A DNA stretch of 64,000 bases from NCBI RefSeq assembly GCF_049116215.1, contig NZ_JAGDZB010000001.1, positions 459,678 through 523,677 of the forward strand. The letters run 5' to 3'. A program made the position numbers and the translations under genes. This document shows positions 49,463 through 59,240 of this stretch, piece after piece. The notes beneath the pieces were generated by a model. It did not search any database and was not told where the DNA came from. It saw nothing but the letters and a program-made list of their open reading frames with translations. Source of the stretch: Shimia sp. Lineage in GTDB: Bacteria > Pseudomonadota > Alphaproteobacteria > Rhodobacterales > Rhodobacteraceae. The stretch's first letter is position 1. Each line of letters begins with the position of its first letter.

Positions 49463-50664
49463 GATGCCACCCCCTGTGGTCCGCCAATACGTTGATCTAT
49501 CTCCGAAATCTGGTCTCCGGTCAGCACGGTCTCGATATCGCGCAATCCGTCATACAACGCGGCTGCGCTCTCAAATGCCTGATCTGCCCGTACCAACTCC
49601 CAGCGCTTCTCGTCACGCAAAGCCTTGGCTGCACGCGCCCGCCCATCTTCGGTAGGTACGCCATCCGCATGCGCCAATCCGGCCCGCTTCAGCAAGCGTA
49701 CCGTGAAGGCTTCATAAATCGGCTGCCCTTGTGCCAGCGCCAACAAACCTTGGCGCATATGCACCCGTCGTTGAAACCGCACGTGCCGCAAATACACCGC
49801 CAGCACACCCCGATTGGGCGCCAACAACAGCGACAACACAAACAGCGCAAAGCTCGACAAAACAATGATTGGCCCGGTTGGCATCGCGGGGGCAAAAGCC
49901 GACAACGCCGCGCCAATCCAAGCGGCCAAGCCACCACAAAGCCCTGAAATCAAAACCATATGGTCAGTGCGCTCGGTCCAAAACCGGGCGGTGACAGGCG
50001 GAATGATCAACATCGCGACAATCAGGATCAGCCCGACAACTTTCAGGCCAATCACCGTGACCGCCAGCGCCAGCGCCATAATGGCAAGATCCATGCGCCC
50101 GACGTTCACACCTCGCGACGCCGCATATTCAGGATCAAAGGCCAACAAAGTCATTGGCCTGCGTAAGATCAACACCGCCAAAAGCGTCAAGGCGCCCCCA
50201 CCAGCAATCACCAACGCATCATTGAACAACATGCCCGCCGTGGAGCCCAAAAGGAAGCCTTCCAAACCAGCCGCACGTCCCGCGCCCATGGTTTGGATCA
50301 CGGTCAGCAACACAATGCCAAAGCCAAAGAACACTGACAGCACCGCGCCAATTGCCGCGTCTTCAGACAGTCGCGTAAACCGCGTGAGCCAACTCACACA
50401 CAACAAGCCGCTCCAAGAAGACACCGCTGCCCCAAAGAGCAAACCTGGCAAGGCGCGCCCGTCACCGCCCAGCAGCACCATCAGCATAAACGCAATGCCC
50501 ACACCCGGCAGAGTGGCATGGCTGATCGCGTCACTGACCAACGCCCGTTTGCGCAGATAGAGAAAGGTTCCGGTCACACCCGCCGCTATACCCAGCAAGG
50601 TCGCACCAATGGTCACCAGCGTGGCATTGTAGCCAAGCTGCAAAGTCAACGCATTCCAAAACAT
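49459..50664 (-). CDS. mntC: Mn/Zn/Fe ABC transporter permease (MntC/TroC-like) with C-terminal soluble extension
   Basis: ALVSDAISHATLPG, EDAAIG, VVGLIL; about 110 aa hydrophilic tail. Confidence 0.85.
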   Translation of the reverse strand: MFWNALTLQLGYNATLVTIGATLLGIAAGVTGTFLYLRKRALVSDAISHATLPGVGIAFMLMVLLGGDGRALPGLLFGAAVSSWSGLLCVSWLTRFTRLSEDAAIGAVLSVFFGFGIVLLTVIQTMGAGRAAGLEGFLLGSTAGMLFNDALVIAGGGALTLLAVLILRRPMTLLAFDPEYAASRGVNVGRMDLAIMALALAVTVIGLKVVGLILIVAMLIIPPVTARFWTERTDHMVLISGLCGGLAAWIGAALSAFAPAMPTGPIIVLSSFALFVLSLLLAPNRGVLAVYLRHVRFQRRVHMRQGLLALAQGQPIYEAFTVRLLKRAGLAHADGVPTEDGRARAAKALRDEKRWELVRADQAFESAAALYDGLRDIETVLTGDQISEIDQRIGGPQGVAS

Positions 50665-50667
50665 GGG

Positions 50668-51474
50668 TTAGCCCGCCGCCAGCTCCAGCTGGTCAATCTG
50701 GCCCGTCGCCAATCGTCCGCCGTAAGTTTGGTTCAAGTTTTCTGACGTGAATGCTTCATCCACCGTGCCTTCCGCCATCTTGCTTGTGTTGATCAGGAAC
50801 ACACGATCAAAATAGCTGCGCACGGTGGTCAGGTCATGGTGCACGGCCACGACCGTTTTGCCTTCAGAGCGCAAGGACTTCAGCACATCGATAATGGCTT
50901 TTTCCGTTGCCGCATCGACTCCGGCAAACGGCTCATCAAGCAGATACAAATCTGCTTCCTGTGCCAGTGCCCGCGCAAGGAACACGCGCTGCTGTTGACC
51001 ACCGGAAAGCTGGCCAATCTGACGATCGGCAAAATCGGTCATGCCCACCCGCTCCAAGCAAGCCCGTGCCTTTTCAATGTGCTGCGGACGAATGCGGCGC
51101 AGCAGACCCAGCTCACGATAGAGCCCCATCAGCACCACATCGATCACGCGGGTTGGAAAATCCCAGTCCACACTGGCGCGTTGCGGCACATAGGCAATGC
51201 GATGCCGCGCCGCTTTCAACGATTTGCCATAGACCAGAGCCTGACCAGCCAACGGCTGCACAATGCCCAAGGCGGCTTTGAGAAGCGTCGACTTACCTGC
51301 GCCGTTTGGCCCAATGATGGCTGTCATTGAGCCTTCAGCCACGGTCATATCAACAGAGAACACCACCGGCTTCTGCCCATAAGATACCGTCATGCCCCGG
51401 ATCGCCAAAGGGCTGTCTACCGGGATTTCTGCTGTGGGCGCTGCGCCCATATTTGCCGCCAGTTCTAGGCTCAT
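50668..51474 (-). CDS. mntB: Metal ABC transporter ATP-binding protein (MntB/TroB-like)
   Basis: GPNGAGKST, YVPQR..VDWDFP, LSGGQQQR, DEPF. Confidence 0.9.
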   Translation of the reverse strand: MSLELAANMGAAPTAEIPVDSPLAIRGMTVSYGQKPVVFSVDMTVAEGSMTAIIGPNGAGKSTLLKAALGIVQPLAGQALVYGKSLKAARHRIAYVPQRASVDWDFPTRVIDVVLMGLYRELGLLRRIRPQHIEKARACLERVGMTDFADRQIGQLSGGQQQRVFLARALAQEADLYLLDEPFAGVDAATEKAIIDVLKSLRSEGKTVVAVHHDLTTVRSYFDRVFLINTSKMAEGTVDEAFTSENLNQTYGGRLATGQIDQLELAAG

Positions 51475-51484
51475 GGTCTTTTCC

Positions 51485-52447
51485 TTACGATCCCGCCGAC
51501 AGGCGTCCAGTCATGCCGCGTTCCGGCACATCCCCGCCCAGCGCATCGCTGATCACGGTGATATTGTGGTCAATCATGCCTACATAAGTACCTTCATAGG
51601 TGCCATCCGGCCCCATCGCGTCCGAGAACAGCTCGCCACCAATCGCCACGTCATGGCCTTTGGCCGACGCGCCTTCAACCAACGCCCGCACCGTGCGGTC
51701 AGACACGGAGCTCTCCACAAACACCGCTTGAATGTCGCGCTCAATCAATGTGTCCACTAGGCTGCTGATCCGATTCAGCCCAGCCTCACTCTCGGTGGAA
51801 ATGCCCTGCACCCCCAAAACCGAGAAGCCATAAGCGGCCCCAAAATAGCCAAAGGCATCATGCGCGGTCAGCAGAATACGGGCCTCTTCCGGCACTGTGG
51901 TCAGGGATTTCTCCGCATAGTCGCTTAGATCAGACAACTCCGCCAGGAAGACCTCTGCATTGGCAACAAACTGCGCTTCGGCCTCCGGTTTCTTCTCAAT
52001 CAGCGCGTCACGCACACGCTCTGTCACAAACACCCAAAGGCGCGGATCCATCCAGACATGCGGGTCAAATTTGTCTGCATAGTCGTCATGCCCACGCAAC
52101 ACATCACGCGGCATGGTATCGGTCACAGCCACAACCGTGCCGCGCTTTTCCAGCTTGTGGAAGAAGTCTTCCATCTGCGCCTCAAGATAAAGCCCATGCC
52201 ACAACACCAAGTCGGCTTTGGTCAGCGCCACAATATCCGTGCGGGTCTGGCGATAGGCATGTGGATCCACACCCGGCCCCATAAGGCCCTTCACCTCAAC
52301 CGCATCGCCGCCAATGCGCCGCGCAGTGTCTGCAATCATGCCTGTGGTGGCCACAACCTGCAATTTCCCACCCGCAAAGGCGGGAGTTGCGCTGGCCAAA
52401 CTGGCCGCAGCTGTTGCCACAATAAAGTCTCGACGAGAGAATCGCAT
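51485..52447 (-). CDS. mntA: Metal ABC transporter substrate-binding protein (MntA/TroA-like)
   Basis: Tat-like RRDF signal, GVDPHAY, DPHVWMDP, HDAF.YF, DAMG. Confidence 0.9.
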   Translation of the reverse strand: MRFSRRDFIVATAAASLASATPAFAGGKLQVVATTGMIADTARRIGGDAVEVKGLMGPGVDPHAYRQTRTDIVALTKADLVLWHGLYLEAQMEDFFHKLEKRGTVVAVTDTMPRDVLRGHDDYADKFDPHVWMDPRLWVFVTERVRDALIEKKPEAEAQFVANAEVFLAELSDLSDYAEKSLTTVPEEARILLTAHDAFGYFGAAYGFSVLGVQGISTESEAGLNRISSLVDTLIERDIQAVFVESSVSDRTVRALVEGASAKGHDVAIGGELFSDAMGPDGTYEGTYVGMIDHNITVISDALGGDVPERGMTGRLSAGS

Positions 52448-52476
52448 GGATCACCTGTGCTGTTGCTCCACTTGAA

Positions 52477-52526
52477 TATGAGAACCATTCGCAGTAGTGT
52501 CAACGCAATTGCGACTTATTCTCATA
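52477..52526. promoter_or_regulatory. Two Fur/Mur-type 19-bp boxes upstream of mntA
   Basis: TATGAGAACCATTCGCAGT (52477) and ATTGCGACTTATTCTCATA (52508) in inverted orientation. Confidence 0.7.
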
Positions 52527-52532
52527 TTTTAG

Positions 52533-52548
52533 TTGACTAAATGGTCAA
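52533..52548. promoter_or_regulatory. Palindrome TTGAC-N6-GTCAA upstream of deoC
   Basis: TTGACTAAATGGTCAA; candidate operator for the deoC operon. Confidence 0.45.
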
Positions 52549-52636
52549 AAAAGTAGCTGAAGCGTCGTTCTGCGACTTGCCAAAGCCAGTATTTCTGAGG
52601 CATTTTGATCCCTGTTTTCCGCAACAGGATGGACCG

Positions 52637-53629
52637 ATGCAAACGCCCACCATTACCGCCGAAGGGCATCAACTGCCCACCGCGCTGGAACCGCGCAATC
52701 CTGGCATGGCGCTGGACCTTGATTGGGTTCGCACCGCGCAGGCCAACACTTCGGCCATCGAACGCCGTGCCAAGACCTTGCCGGGCCGCCGCTCGGTCAA
52801 GAAGGACTATCAGGCCGCATGGCTGTGTAAGGCAATCTCCTTGATCGACCTGACCACACTGTCCGGCGATGACAGCGAAGGCCGTGTGGAGCGTCTCTGT
52901 GCGAAAGCCAAGCAACCGGTACGCGCCGACATTCTGGAAGCGCTGGACATGACCGGCCTGACCACCGGCGCAGTCTGTGTCTACCACGACATGATCGAAA
53001 CCGCCGTGTCTTCGCTGAAAGGCAGCGGCATTCCTGTGGCGGCTGTGTCCACCGGCTTCCCGGCAGGTCTGTCGCCGTACCACCTGCGCATCGCCGAAAT
53101 TGGCGAAAGCGTAAAAGCGGGTGCGGAAGAAATCGACATCGTCATCACCCGCCGCCACGTACTGCAAGGCAACTGGCAGGCGCTCTATGATGAGATGAAA
53201 GAGATGCGCGAAGCCTGTGGCGATGCCCACGTCAAAGCCATTCTCGCCACTGGCGAACTGGGCACCCTGCGCAACGTCGCCCGCGCTTCACTTGTTTGCA
53301 TGATGGCCGGCGCCGACTTCATCAAAACCTCCACCGGTAAGGAGAGCGTCAACGCCACTTTGCCAGTGTCTCTGGTGATGATCCGTGCCATTCGCGACTA
53401 CTACGACCGCACCGGCTTCCGCGTGGGCTACAAACCGGCGGGTGGTATTTCCAAAGCCAAAGACTCTCTGGTGTATCTGTCACTGATCAAAGACGAACTT
53501 GGCGACCGCTGGCTGCAACCAGACCTGTTCCGCTTTGGCGCTTCCTCCCTTTTGGGCGACATCGAACGCCAGCTCGAGCATCACGTCACCGGCCAGTATT
53601 CGGCCAGCTACCGCCACGCGATGGCGTAA
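52637..53629 (+). CDS. deoC: Deoxyribose-phosphate aldolase
   Basis: IDLTTL, GAEEIDIV, ADFIKTSTGK, GYKPAGGI, RFGASSLL. Confidence 0.95.
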   Translation: MQTPTITAEGHQLPTALEPRNPGMALDLDWVRTAQANTSAIERRAKTLPGRRSVKKDYQAAWLCKAISLIDLTTLSGDDSEGRVERLCAKAKQPVRADILEALDMTGLTTGAVCVYHDMIETAVSSLKGSGIPVAAVSTGFPAGLSPYHLRIAEIGESVKAGAEEIDIVITRRHVLQGNWQALYDEMKEMREACGDAHVKAILATGELGTLRNVARASLVCMMAGADFIKTSTGKESVNATLPVSLVMIRAIRDYYDRTGFRVGYKPAGGISKAKDSLVYLSLIKDELGDRWLQPDLFRFGASSLLGDIERQLEHHVTGQYSASYRHAMA

Positions 53630-53639
53630 GGACAGAGCC

Positions 53640-53933
53640 GTGAGCGCCGCCCCAGACACCACAGCCCCTGCGCCGGATCAGTACCTTCTACGTATGAAGG
53701 TCTGGTCCCAACGGACCTGGGTCGCGCGCTGCGACGACCATCTGTCTGGCGCCACGCTGGAAGCCCGTCTTGCTGACTTTCTGCAAGAAGCTTTTGAACA
53801 CGCGCACACGCAGCCGGATCTACTCGACAAAACCACCGCACAAATTGCCGAGGCCGTTATGGCTGGCATTTTACACAGCGAAACAGTGCCAGCCGAAGAC
53901 CTTCAGGCCGCGCTTCACAAGATAACCTCGTAA
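53640..53933 (+). CDS. Small hypothetical protein inside the deoC operon
   Basis: GTG start 10 nt after the deoC stop; stop 11 nt before the ALDH start; 97 aa. Confidence 0.6.
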   Translation: MSAAPDTTAPAPDQYLLRMKVWSQRTWVARCDDHLSGATLEARLADFLQEAFEHAHTQPDLLDKTTAQIAEAVMAGILHSETVPAEDLQAALHKITS

Positions 53934-53944
53934 GGGGAAGACAA

Positions 53945-56290
53945 ATGACCGTTAAAGAGATTTTTGACACCATGGACTACGGCCCCGCCCCCGAAAGCGC
54001 CGCAGATGCGCTGGCCTGGATTGTCGATCAAGGCGCGGCCTTTGGCCATTTCATCGACGGCGACTGGACCACACCACGCAAGGACTTTCAGTCCAAGAAC
54101 CCGGCCAACGGCGAAACCCTTGCGGACCTGACTCAGGCGTCTCAAGACGAAGTCAACGCCGCCGTCAAAGCCGCGCGCAAAGCCCAAGTCAAATGGGATG
54201 GCCTCGGCGGCCACGGCCGTGCCAAGTACCTCTACGCCATCGCCCGCCTGCTGCAAAAACACAGCCGCCTGTTTGCGGTTCTGGAGACGCTCGACAACGG
54301 CAAACCGATCCGGGAAAGCCGCGACATCGACATTCCGCTGGTACAGCGCCACTTCTACTACCACGCTGGCATGGCGCAACTGATGGAAGCGGAACTGCCC
54401 AACGCCCAAGCGCTCGGTGTTTGCGGTCAGATCATCCCATGGAACTTCCCGCTGTTGATGCTGGCGTGGAAAGTTGCGCCTGCTTTGGCGATGGGCAACA
54501 CCGTGGTACTGAAACCCGCCGAATACACCTCCCTAACAGCCATGGCCTTTGCCGACATCTGTCAGCAAGCAGGCCTGCCAGCAGGTGTGGTCAACATTGT
54601 CACCGGTGACGGCGCGGTGGGCGAAATGATCACCGCGCACGAAGACATCAACAAGGTCGCCTTTACCGGTTCGACTGACGTTGGCAAGCGCATCCGCGAA
54701 GCCACCGCTGGCTCCGGCAAGTCGCTGACTTTGGAGTTGGGTGGCAAATCCCCATACATCGTCTTTGAAGACGCCGACATCGACTCCGCCATCGAAGGTC
54801 TGGTTGACGCCATCTGGTTTAACCAGGGGCAAGTCTGCTGCGCAGGCTCCCGCCTTCTGGTGCAGGAAGGCATTGCAGAGACGTTCTATCGCAAGCTCAA
54901 AACCCGCATGGACGGACTGCGTATCGGCAACCCGCTCGACAAATGCATCGACGTGGGTGCTGTTGTCGATCCAGTCCAGCTGCAAACCATCACCGACATG
55001 GTCGCAGGCAATACCGACGGCGAGACCTATCAAGCCCCCATCGACATGCCGGTCGAGGGCTGTTTCTACCCGCCAACCCTGATCACTGGCCTCGCGCCGT
55101 CGTCTAAGCTGATGCAGGAAGAGATCTTCGGGCCTGTGCTGGTCTCCACCACCTTCCGCACGCCTTCCGAAGCCGTCGCGCTGGCCAACAACACCCGTTA
55201 CGGTCTTGCGGCCACGCTCTGGACCGAAAACGTGAACCTCGCTCTGGACATCGCGCCCAAACTGGTTGCCGGCGTGGTCTGGGTCAACGCCACCAACCTG
55301 TTTGACGCGGCCGCCGGCTTTGGCGGTGTGCGTGAAAGCGGCTACGGCCGCGAAGGGGGCTGGGAAGGGCTATCCGCCTACACCAAACCCAAAGGCGCGC
55401 CCAAGGCGCTCAAGCCTGTCGAGGCTTTCACCGGCGACAAAGGCCCAAGTGACCCGCTGGACCGGACGCCCAAACTCTACGTCGGCGGCAAACAAGCCCG
55501 CCCGGATGGCGGTTACAGCCAGAACATCTATGGCAAAGACGGAACGTTGCTCGGCCAGACCCCGATCGCCAACCGCAAAGATGTGCGCAACGCCGTTGAG
55601 GCCGCTCACGCCGCCAAAGGCTGGTCCGGCACCACAGGCCACCTGCGCGCGCAAATCCTCTACTACATCGCGGAAAACCTCTCTGCCCGCAAAGACGAGT
55701 TTGCCACCCGCGTGAACCTTCTGACCGGCGGAAAGACCGGCGCCGCAGAGGTCGAAACCTCAATCCGCCGCCTCTTCACCTACGCTGCTTGGGCCGACAA
55801 ATATGATGGCCAGGCGCACGGTGTCCCGATCCGAGGCGTGGCCCTTGCGATGAAGGAGCCAGTGGGCGTGATTGGTGCGCTCTGTGCGGATGACGCCCCG
55901 CTTCTGGGTCTGATCTCCGCCATGGCGCCGGCTATTGCCATGGGCAACCGCGCCGTACTGGTCGCCTCGGAAGCCTTCCCTCTGGCCGCCACAGACTTCT
56001 ACCAGGTACTAGAAACCTCCGACGTTCCGGGCGGTGTGGTCAACATCCTCACCGGCGCCCACGCCGAACTGGCTGCCCCCTTGGCCAGCCACCTCGATGT
56101 GGATGCGGTGTGGTCGTTCTCCTCCTCCGATGTCTCTGCTGAGATCGAACACGCCAGCGCAGGCAACCTGAAAAGAACCTGGGTCAACAACGGTCTCACA
56201 CGGGACTGGATGGGCGCCGAAGGCGAAGGCCGTACCTTCCTGCAGGCCGCCACTGAAATCAAAAACATCTGGGTGCCCTACGGCGAATAA
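53945..56290 (+). CDS. Two-domain aldehyde dehydrogenase (ALDH16-like)
   Basis: PWNFP, FTGST, LELGGK, QVCCAGS, EEIFGP in the N-terminal ALDH, then a second Rossmann-like half without catalytic motifs. Confidence 0.92.
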   Translation: MTVKEIFDTMDYGPAPESAADALAWIVDQGAAFGHFIDGDWTTPRKDFQSKNPANGETLADLTQASQDEVNAAVKAARKAQVKWDGLGGHGRAKYLYAIARLLQKHSRLFAVLETLDNGKPIRESRDIDIPLVQRHFYYHAGMAQLMEAELPNAQALGVCGQIIPWNFPLLMLAWKVAPALAMGNTVVLKPAEYTSLTAMAFADICQQAGLPAGVVNIVTGDGAVGEMITAHEDINKVAFTGSTDVGKRIREATAGSGKSLTLELGGKSPYIVFEDADIDSAIEGLVDAIWFNQGQVCCAGSRLLVQEGIAETFYRKLKTRMDGLRIGNPLDKCIDVGAVVDPVQLQTITDMVAGNTDGETYQAPIDMPVEGCFYPPTLITGLAPSSKLMQEEIFGPVLVSTTFRTPSEAVALANNTRYGLAATLWTENVNLALDIAPKLVAGVVWVNATNLFDAAAGFGGVRESGYGREGGWEGLSAYTKPKGAPKALKPVEAFTGDKGPSDPLDRTPKLYVGGKQARPDGGYSQNIYGKDGTLLGQTPIANRKDVRNAVEAAHAAKGWSGTTGHLRAQILYYIAENLSARKDEFATRVNLLTGGKTGAAEVETSIRRLFTYAAWADKYDGQAHGVPIRGVALAMKEPVGVIGALCADDAPLLGLISAMAPAIAMGNRAVLVASEAFPLAATDFYQVLETSDVPGGVVNILTGAHAELAAPLASHLDVDAVWSFSSSDVSAEIEHASAGNLKRTWVNNGLTRDWMGAEGEGRTFLQAATEIKNIWVPYGE

Positions 56291-56303
56291 GCCAATCCAT
56301 CAC

Positions 56304-56345
56304 AAAAAAAGCGCCGATGATCCCTCATCGGCGCTTTTTCTTTTC
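56304..56345. terminator. Bidirectional Rho-independent terminator
   Basis: A-tract, AGCGCCGATGA / TCATCGGCGCT stem, T-tract between convergent genes. Confidence 0.9.
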
Positions 56346-56359
56346 GGGACATACAGTAT

Positions 56360-57949
56360 TTAGGCGGCGGCCCAGGCGGCATCATCACCATCGTCATCAA
56401 ACATCTCAACGTCACCGGTCTCAGGCGTCACTGCCGCGACGCGGAACCCGCCCAGTGCTGTCACCAAACGGTCGACCGCCATATCAAGGCTGGATGTCGC
56501 GGCAGAGGCCTCCTCCGCCCGCGCGGCATTGGCCTGAGTCTCGCTGCCAATGGTCTGCATGCTGCCACGGATCTTCTCAACCGATTGCGCTTGCTCAGAG
56601 GACACATCGGAGATTTCCGCCACATTGCCTGAGACTTGATTCACATCCCCCAAGATCGCCTCCAGCGCCTCGCCAACCTGCCGCACCAAGGCTACGCCGT
56701 TGGTTACATGTCCGTTGCTTTCCGAAATTAGCTTGTTGATATTCTGCGCGGCCTCGGCAGAGCGATGCGCCAGTTCACGCACCTCCGAAGCAACAATCGC
56801 AAAACCTGCACCAGCTTCACCCGCTCGGGCCGCTTCGACACCAGCATTCAACGCCAAAAGGTTGGTTTGGAACGCGATATCTTCGATCAGAGTCACAACG
56901 TGGTCAATCTGCGAAGAGGAGGCCTCAATTTCATCCATTGTACTGACGGCTTGCCGAACAACCTCCGCTCCGCTGCTTGTCATGCTGCGAGTGTTGTCAA
57001 ACCGTTCCTGAGTGGACTTTGCCTTTGCAACGGCCCCGTTCATCGCATCTGCAATCTCTTCCACAGCCGTTGTGACACCCTGCAAGGCATCGGCTTGCCG
57101 CTCTGAGCTGTGCGCCACACTATTGGAGACCTCTGACAGCTCGCGACTGTCAATTTCAATCTGACTGGAAACCGAGGTCACAGAGTTAATAATGCCGCTC
57201 AGCGACGTGACAGCGTCATTAAAGCTCTTCCTCAACGCCTCGTAGCTTTTATCAAACGGCTTATCGATTGCCGCGTCCAGATTGCCATCGGCAATACGAG
57301 TTAGACGTTCGTGCAACGTCGTGACAACATCTGCCTGGGCCTTTTCACGTGCCTCTATGCCGGCCTTCTCGAGCTGTAACGCATCCATGGTTTCGGAGAG
57401 CACGGCCTGCTCTTTGTTGCGTTCGTTCATCTGACGCAGCGTTGTCATGACTGAAGTCAGTAGAATGCCCGTTTCCGCGATCACAACAATTGCGTGCAGA
57501 ACAGTTCGGCCCACGTTCTCCATCAAATCAACTGAAGGATACACCATCGACGGCCAGAGGAAGGTCAATGCCAAGTGATGAACGGCCGTTACGCCTGCCC
57601 CCACCAACAAAGACGCCGGGCAAGTCATCAATGTCAGCATCGCCAACGCAGCAAAAAACACCATGTGTACATCCAATTGCCATGCATGACCTGCCATCGA
57701 CGCCAGGATCAGCGCAATCTGTCCGACCACGGCCACTGTCACACTCAAGCGAGCTGCCAGGTTTCCACCGAGCCGGAAGGCATAGAACGCCAATGCGGCA
57801 AAGGTGCCAGCTGAAGCGCCAATCATCACAAACTGCCCACTTCGCAGAAAGGCAATTGTAGCCGCAGTGGCCCCCAGAACGGCCGCCACAATAGCTAGAA
57901 CTTTCACGCCCGTTTGACGGGCTTTAGTCAATTTCAGATCTTCAATCAT
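56360..57949 (-). CDS. Methyl-accepting chemotaxis protein with multi-TM membrane-embedded sensor
   Basis: IEDIAFQTNLLALNAGVEAARAGEAGAGFAIVASEVR hairpin, HAMP-like segment, 5-6 N-terminal TM helices. Confidence 0.95.
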   Translation of the reverse strand: MIEDLKLTKARQTGVKVLAIVAAVLGATAATIAFLRSGQFVMIGASAGTFAALAFYAFRLGGNLAARLSVTVAVVGQIALILASMAGHAWQLDVHMVFFAALAMLTLMTCPASLLVGAGVTAVHHLALTFLWPSMVYPSVDLMENVGRTVLHAIVVIAETGILLTSVMTTLRQMNERNKEQAVLSETMDALQLEKAGIEAREKAQADVVTTLHERLTRIADGNLDAAIDKPFDKSYEALRKSFNDAVTSLSGIINSVTSVSSQIEIDSRELSEVSNSVAHSSERQADALQGVTTAVEEIADAMNGAVAKAKSTQERFDNTRSMTSSGAEVVRQAVSTMDEIEASSSQIDHVVTLIEDIAFQTNLLALNAGVEAARAGEAGAGFAIVASEVRELAHRSAEAAQNINKLISESNGHVTNGVALVRQVGEALEAILGDVNQVSGNVAEISDVSSEQAQSVEKIRGSMQTIGSETQANAARAEEASAATSSLDMAVDRLVTALGGFRVAAVTPETGDVEMFDDDGDDAAWAAA

Positions 57950-58257
57950 TTTGCATCACCACACAGCCAGGAGAGCGCTTCGCCGTCCAGAATGGCCCAG
58001 GCTCCGTTCCGTTTCAGTCTCTGTTCAAATCCATCGTCGTCTGACACTCCCATAACCGCCAATGGTGCACGCGCTACGCCCACCACCCAGCCGCCAGAGC
58101 CCTCAACCAGTTCTGTCAGGTCTGTCCCCGGCCGCGCGACAATCAAAACCGGCCCACCCGTTTTCACAGGTGCGCTGACAATTGCCAAAACCGGGGTCAC
58201 GGTCAGGCAAAAGACAACAGCGAGAATCGCCGGAAGATATTGCATGCGTTGGGTCAT
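57946..58257 (-). CDS. Small exported/membrane hypothetical protein coupled to the MCP
   Basis: Hydrophobic N-terminus, GAWAILD...WLCG C-terminus; stop overlaps the MCP ATG. Confidence 0.75.
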   Translation of the reverse strand: MTQRMQYLPAILAVVFCLTVTPVLAIVSAPVKTGGPVLIVARPGTDLTELVEGSGGWVVGVARAPLAVMGVSDDDGFEQRLKRNGAWAILDGEALSWLCGDAK

Positions 58258-58427
58258 CCTGCCCTTCTTCGGACAAAACAGTTTCCAGCCGCTTAATTTC
58301 GCAGGAGGAATTAGTTTGCGCGGCAAAATTACCAAGCGTCAGATCGCGCTCACCGGCCAAAAGAAAAGCGCGCCGGGAAACCCAGCGCGCTTTCAAAATG
58401 TCCAAACCGGTTATTAGTACCGGGTAC

Positions 58428-59081
58428 TTAACCTGGCAGCTTGGTGGTGCGCAGGTATGGGAAATGCGTGGTGAACTCACCGTATTTCGCCTTTGCATCC
58501 GCATCGCTCACCGCAACCGGAATCACCACATCGCCACCTGGGGTCCAGTTCGCAGGCGTAGCGACGTTCTCTTTTGCCGCAGTCTGCAAACCATCCAACG
58601 CGCGCAGCACCTCGGCAAAGTTGCGACCCACGTTCATCGGATAGGTCATCGACAGTTTCAGCTGCTTGTCCGGCCCAATGATGAACACAGAACGCACAGT
58701 TGCGCTGTCCGCAGGCGTACGACCATCCGGCAAATAGGCTTCTGCGGGCAGCATGTCGAAGGCTTTGGACACAACCAGACCGTCATCAGCAATGATCGGG
58801 AAACCCGCGCCGGTGCCTGCATAGGACTCGATGTCTTTCTTCCAGCCTTTGTGGTCTTCCACACCATCCACGGACACACCAATCACCTTTGTGCCGCGCG
58901 CCTGCCACTCATCAGCAAGCTGCGCCACGGCGCCAAACTCAGTGGTGCAAACCGGTGTAAAATCTTTGGGGTGAGAGAACAGAATGGCCCAGCTGTCGCC
59001 GATCCAGTCGTGAAAAGTAATCGTGCCCTGATCCGTCTCGGCGGTGAAATTTGGCACAACATCATTGATTCGCAAGCCCAT
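58428..59081 (-). CDS. 1-Cys peroxiredoxin (Prx6 family)
   Basis: FSHPKDFTPVCTTE, YPMNVGRNF, ATPANW. Confidence 0.95.
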   Translation of the reverse strand: MGLRINDVVPNFTAETDQGTITFHDWIGDSWAILFSHPKDFTPVCTTEFGAVAQLADEWQARGTKVIGVSVDGVEDHKGWKKDIESYAGTGAGFPIIADDGLVVSKAFDMLPAEAYLPDGRTPADSATVRSVFIIGPDKQLKLSMTYPMNVGRNFAEVLRALDGLQTAAKENVATPANWTPGGDVVIPVAVSDADAKAKYGEFTTHFPYLRTTKLPG

Positions 59082-59240
59082 GGGTATCTCCCTCGCTGTG
59101 GGTCGCACAGTCCGCCTTGCCAAACGAATGCGAGGCAATTCTCGCGGGTGGGGCGGTCTGTAAAAACGGTTTTTGTCGCAAAACGACTGTCCGCAGACTA
59201 CATCTGTCTTTTTTGAACGCCACCCCTTTACCGGAAGAAA

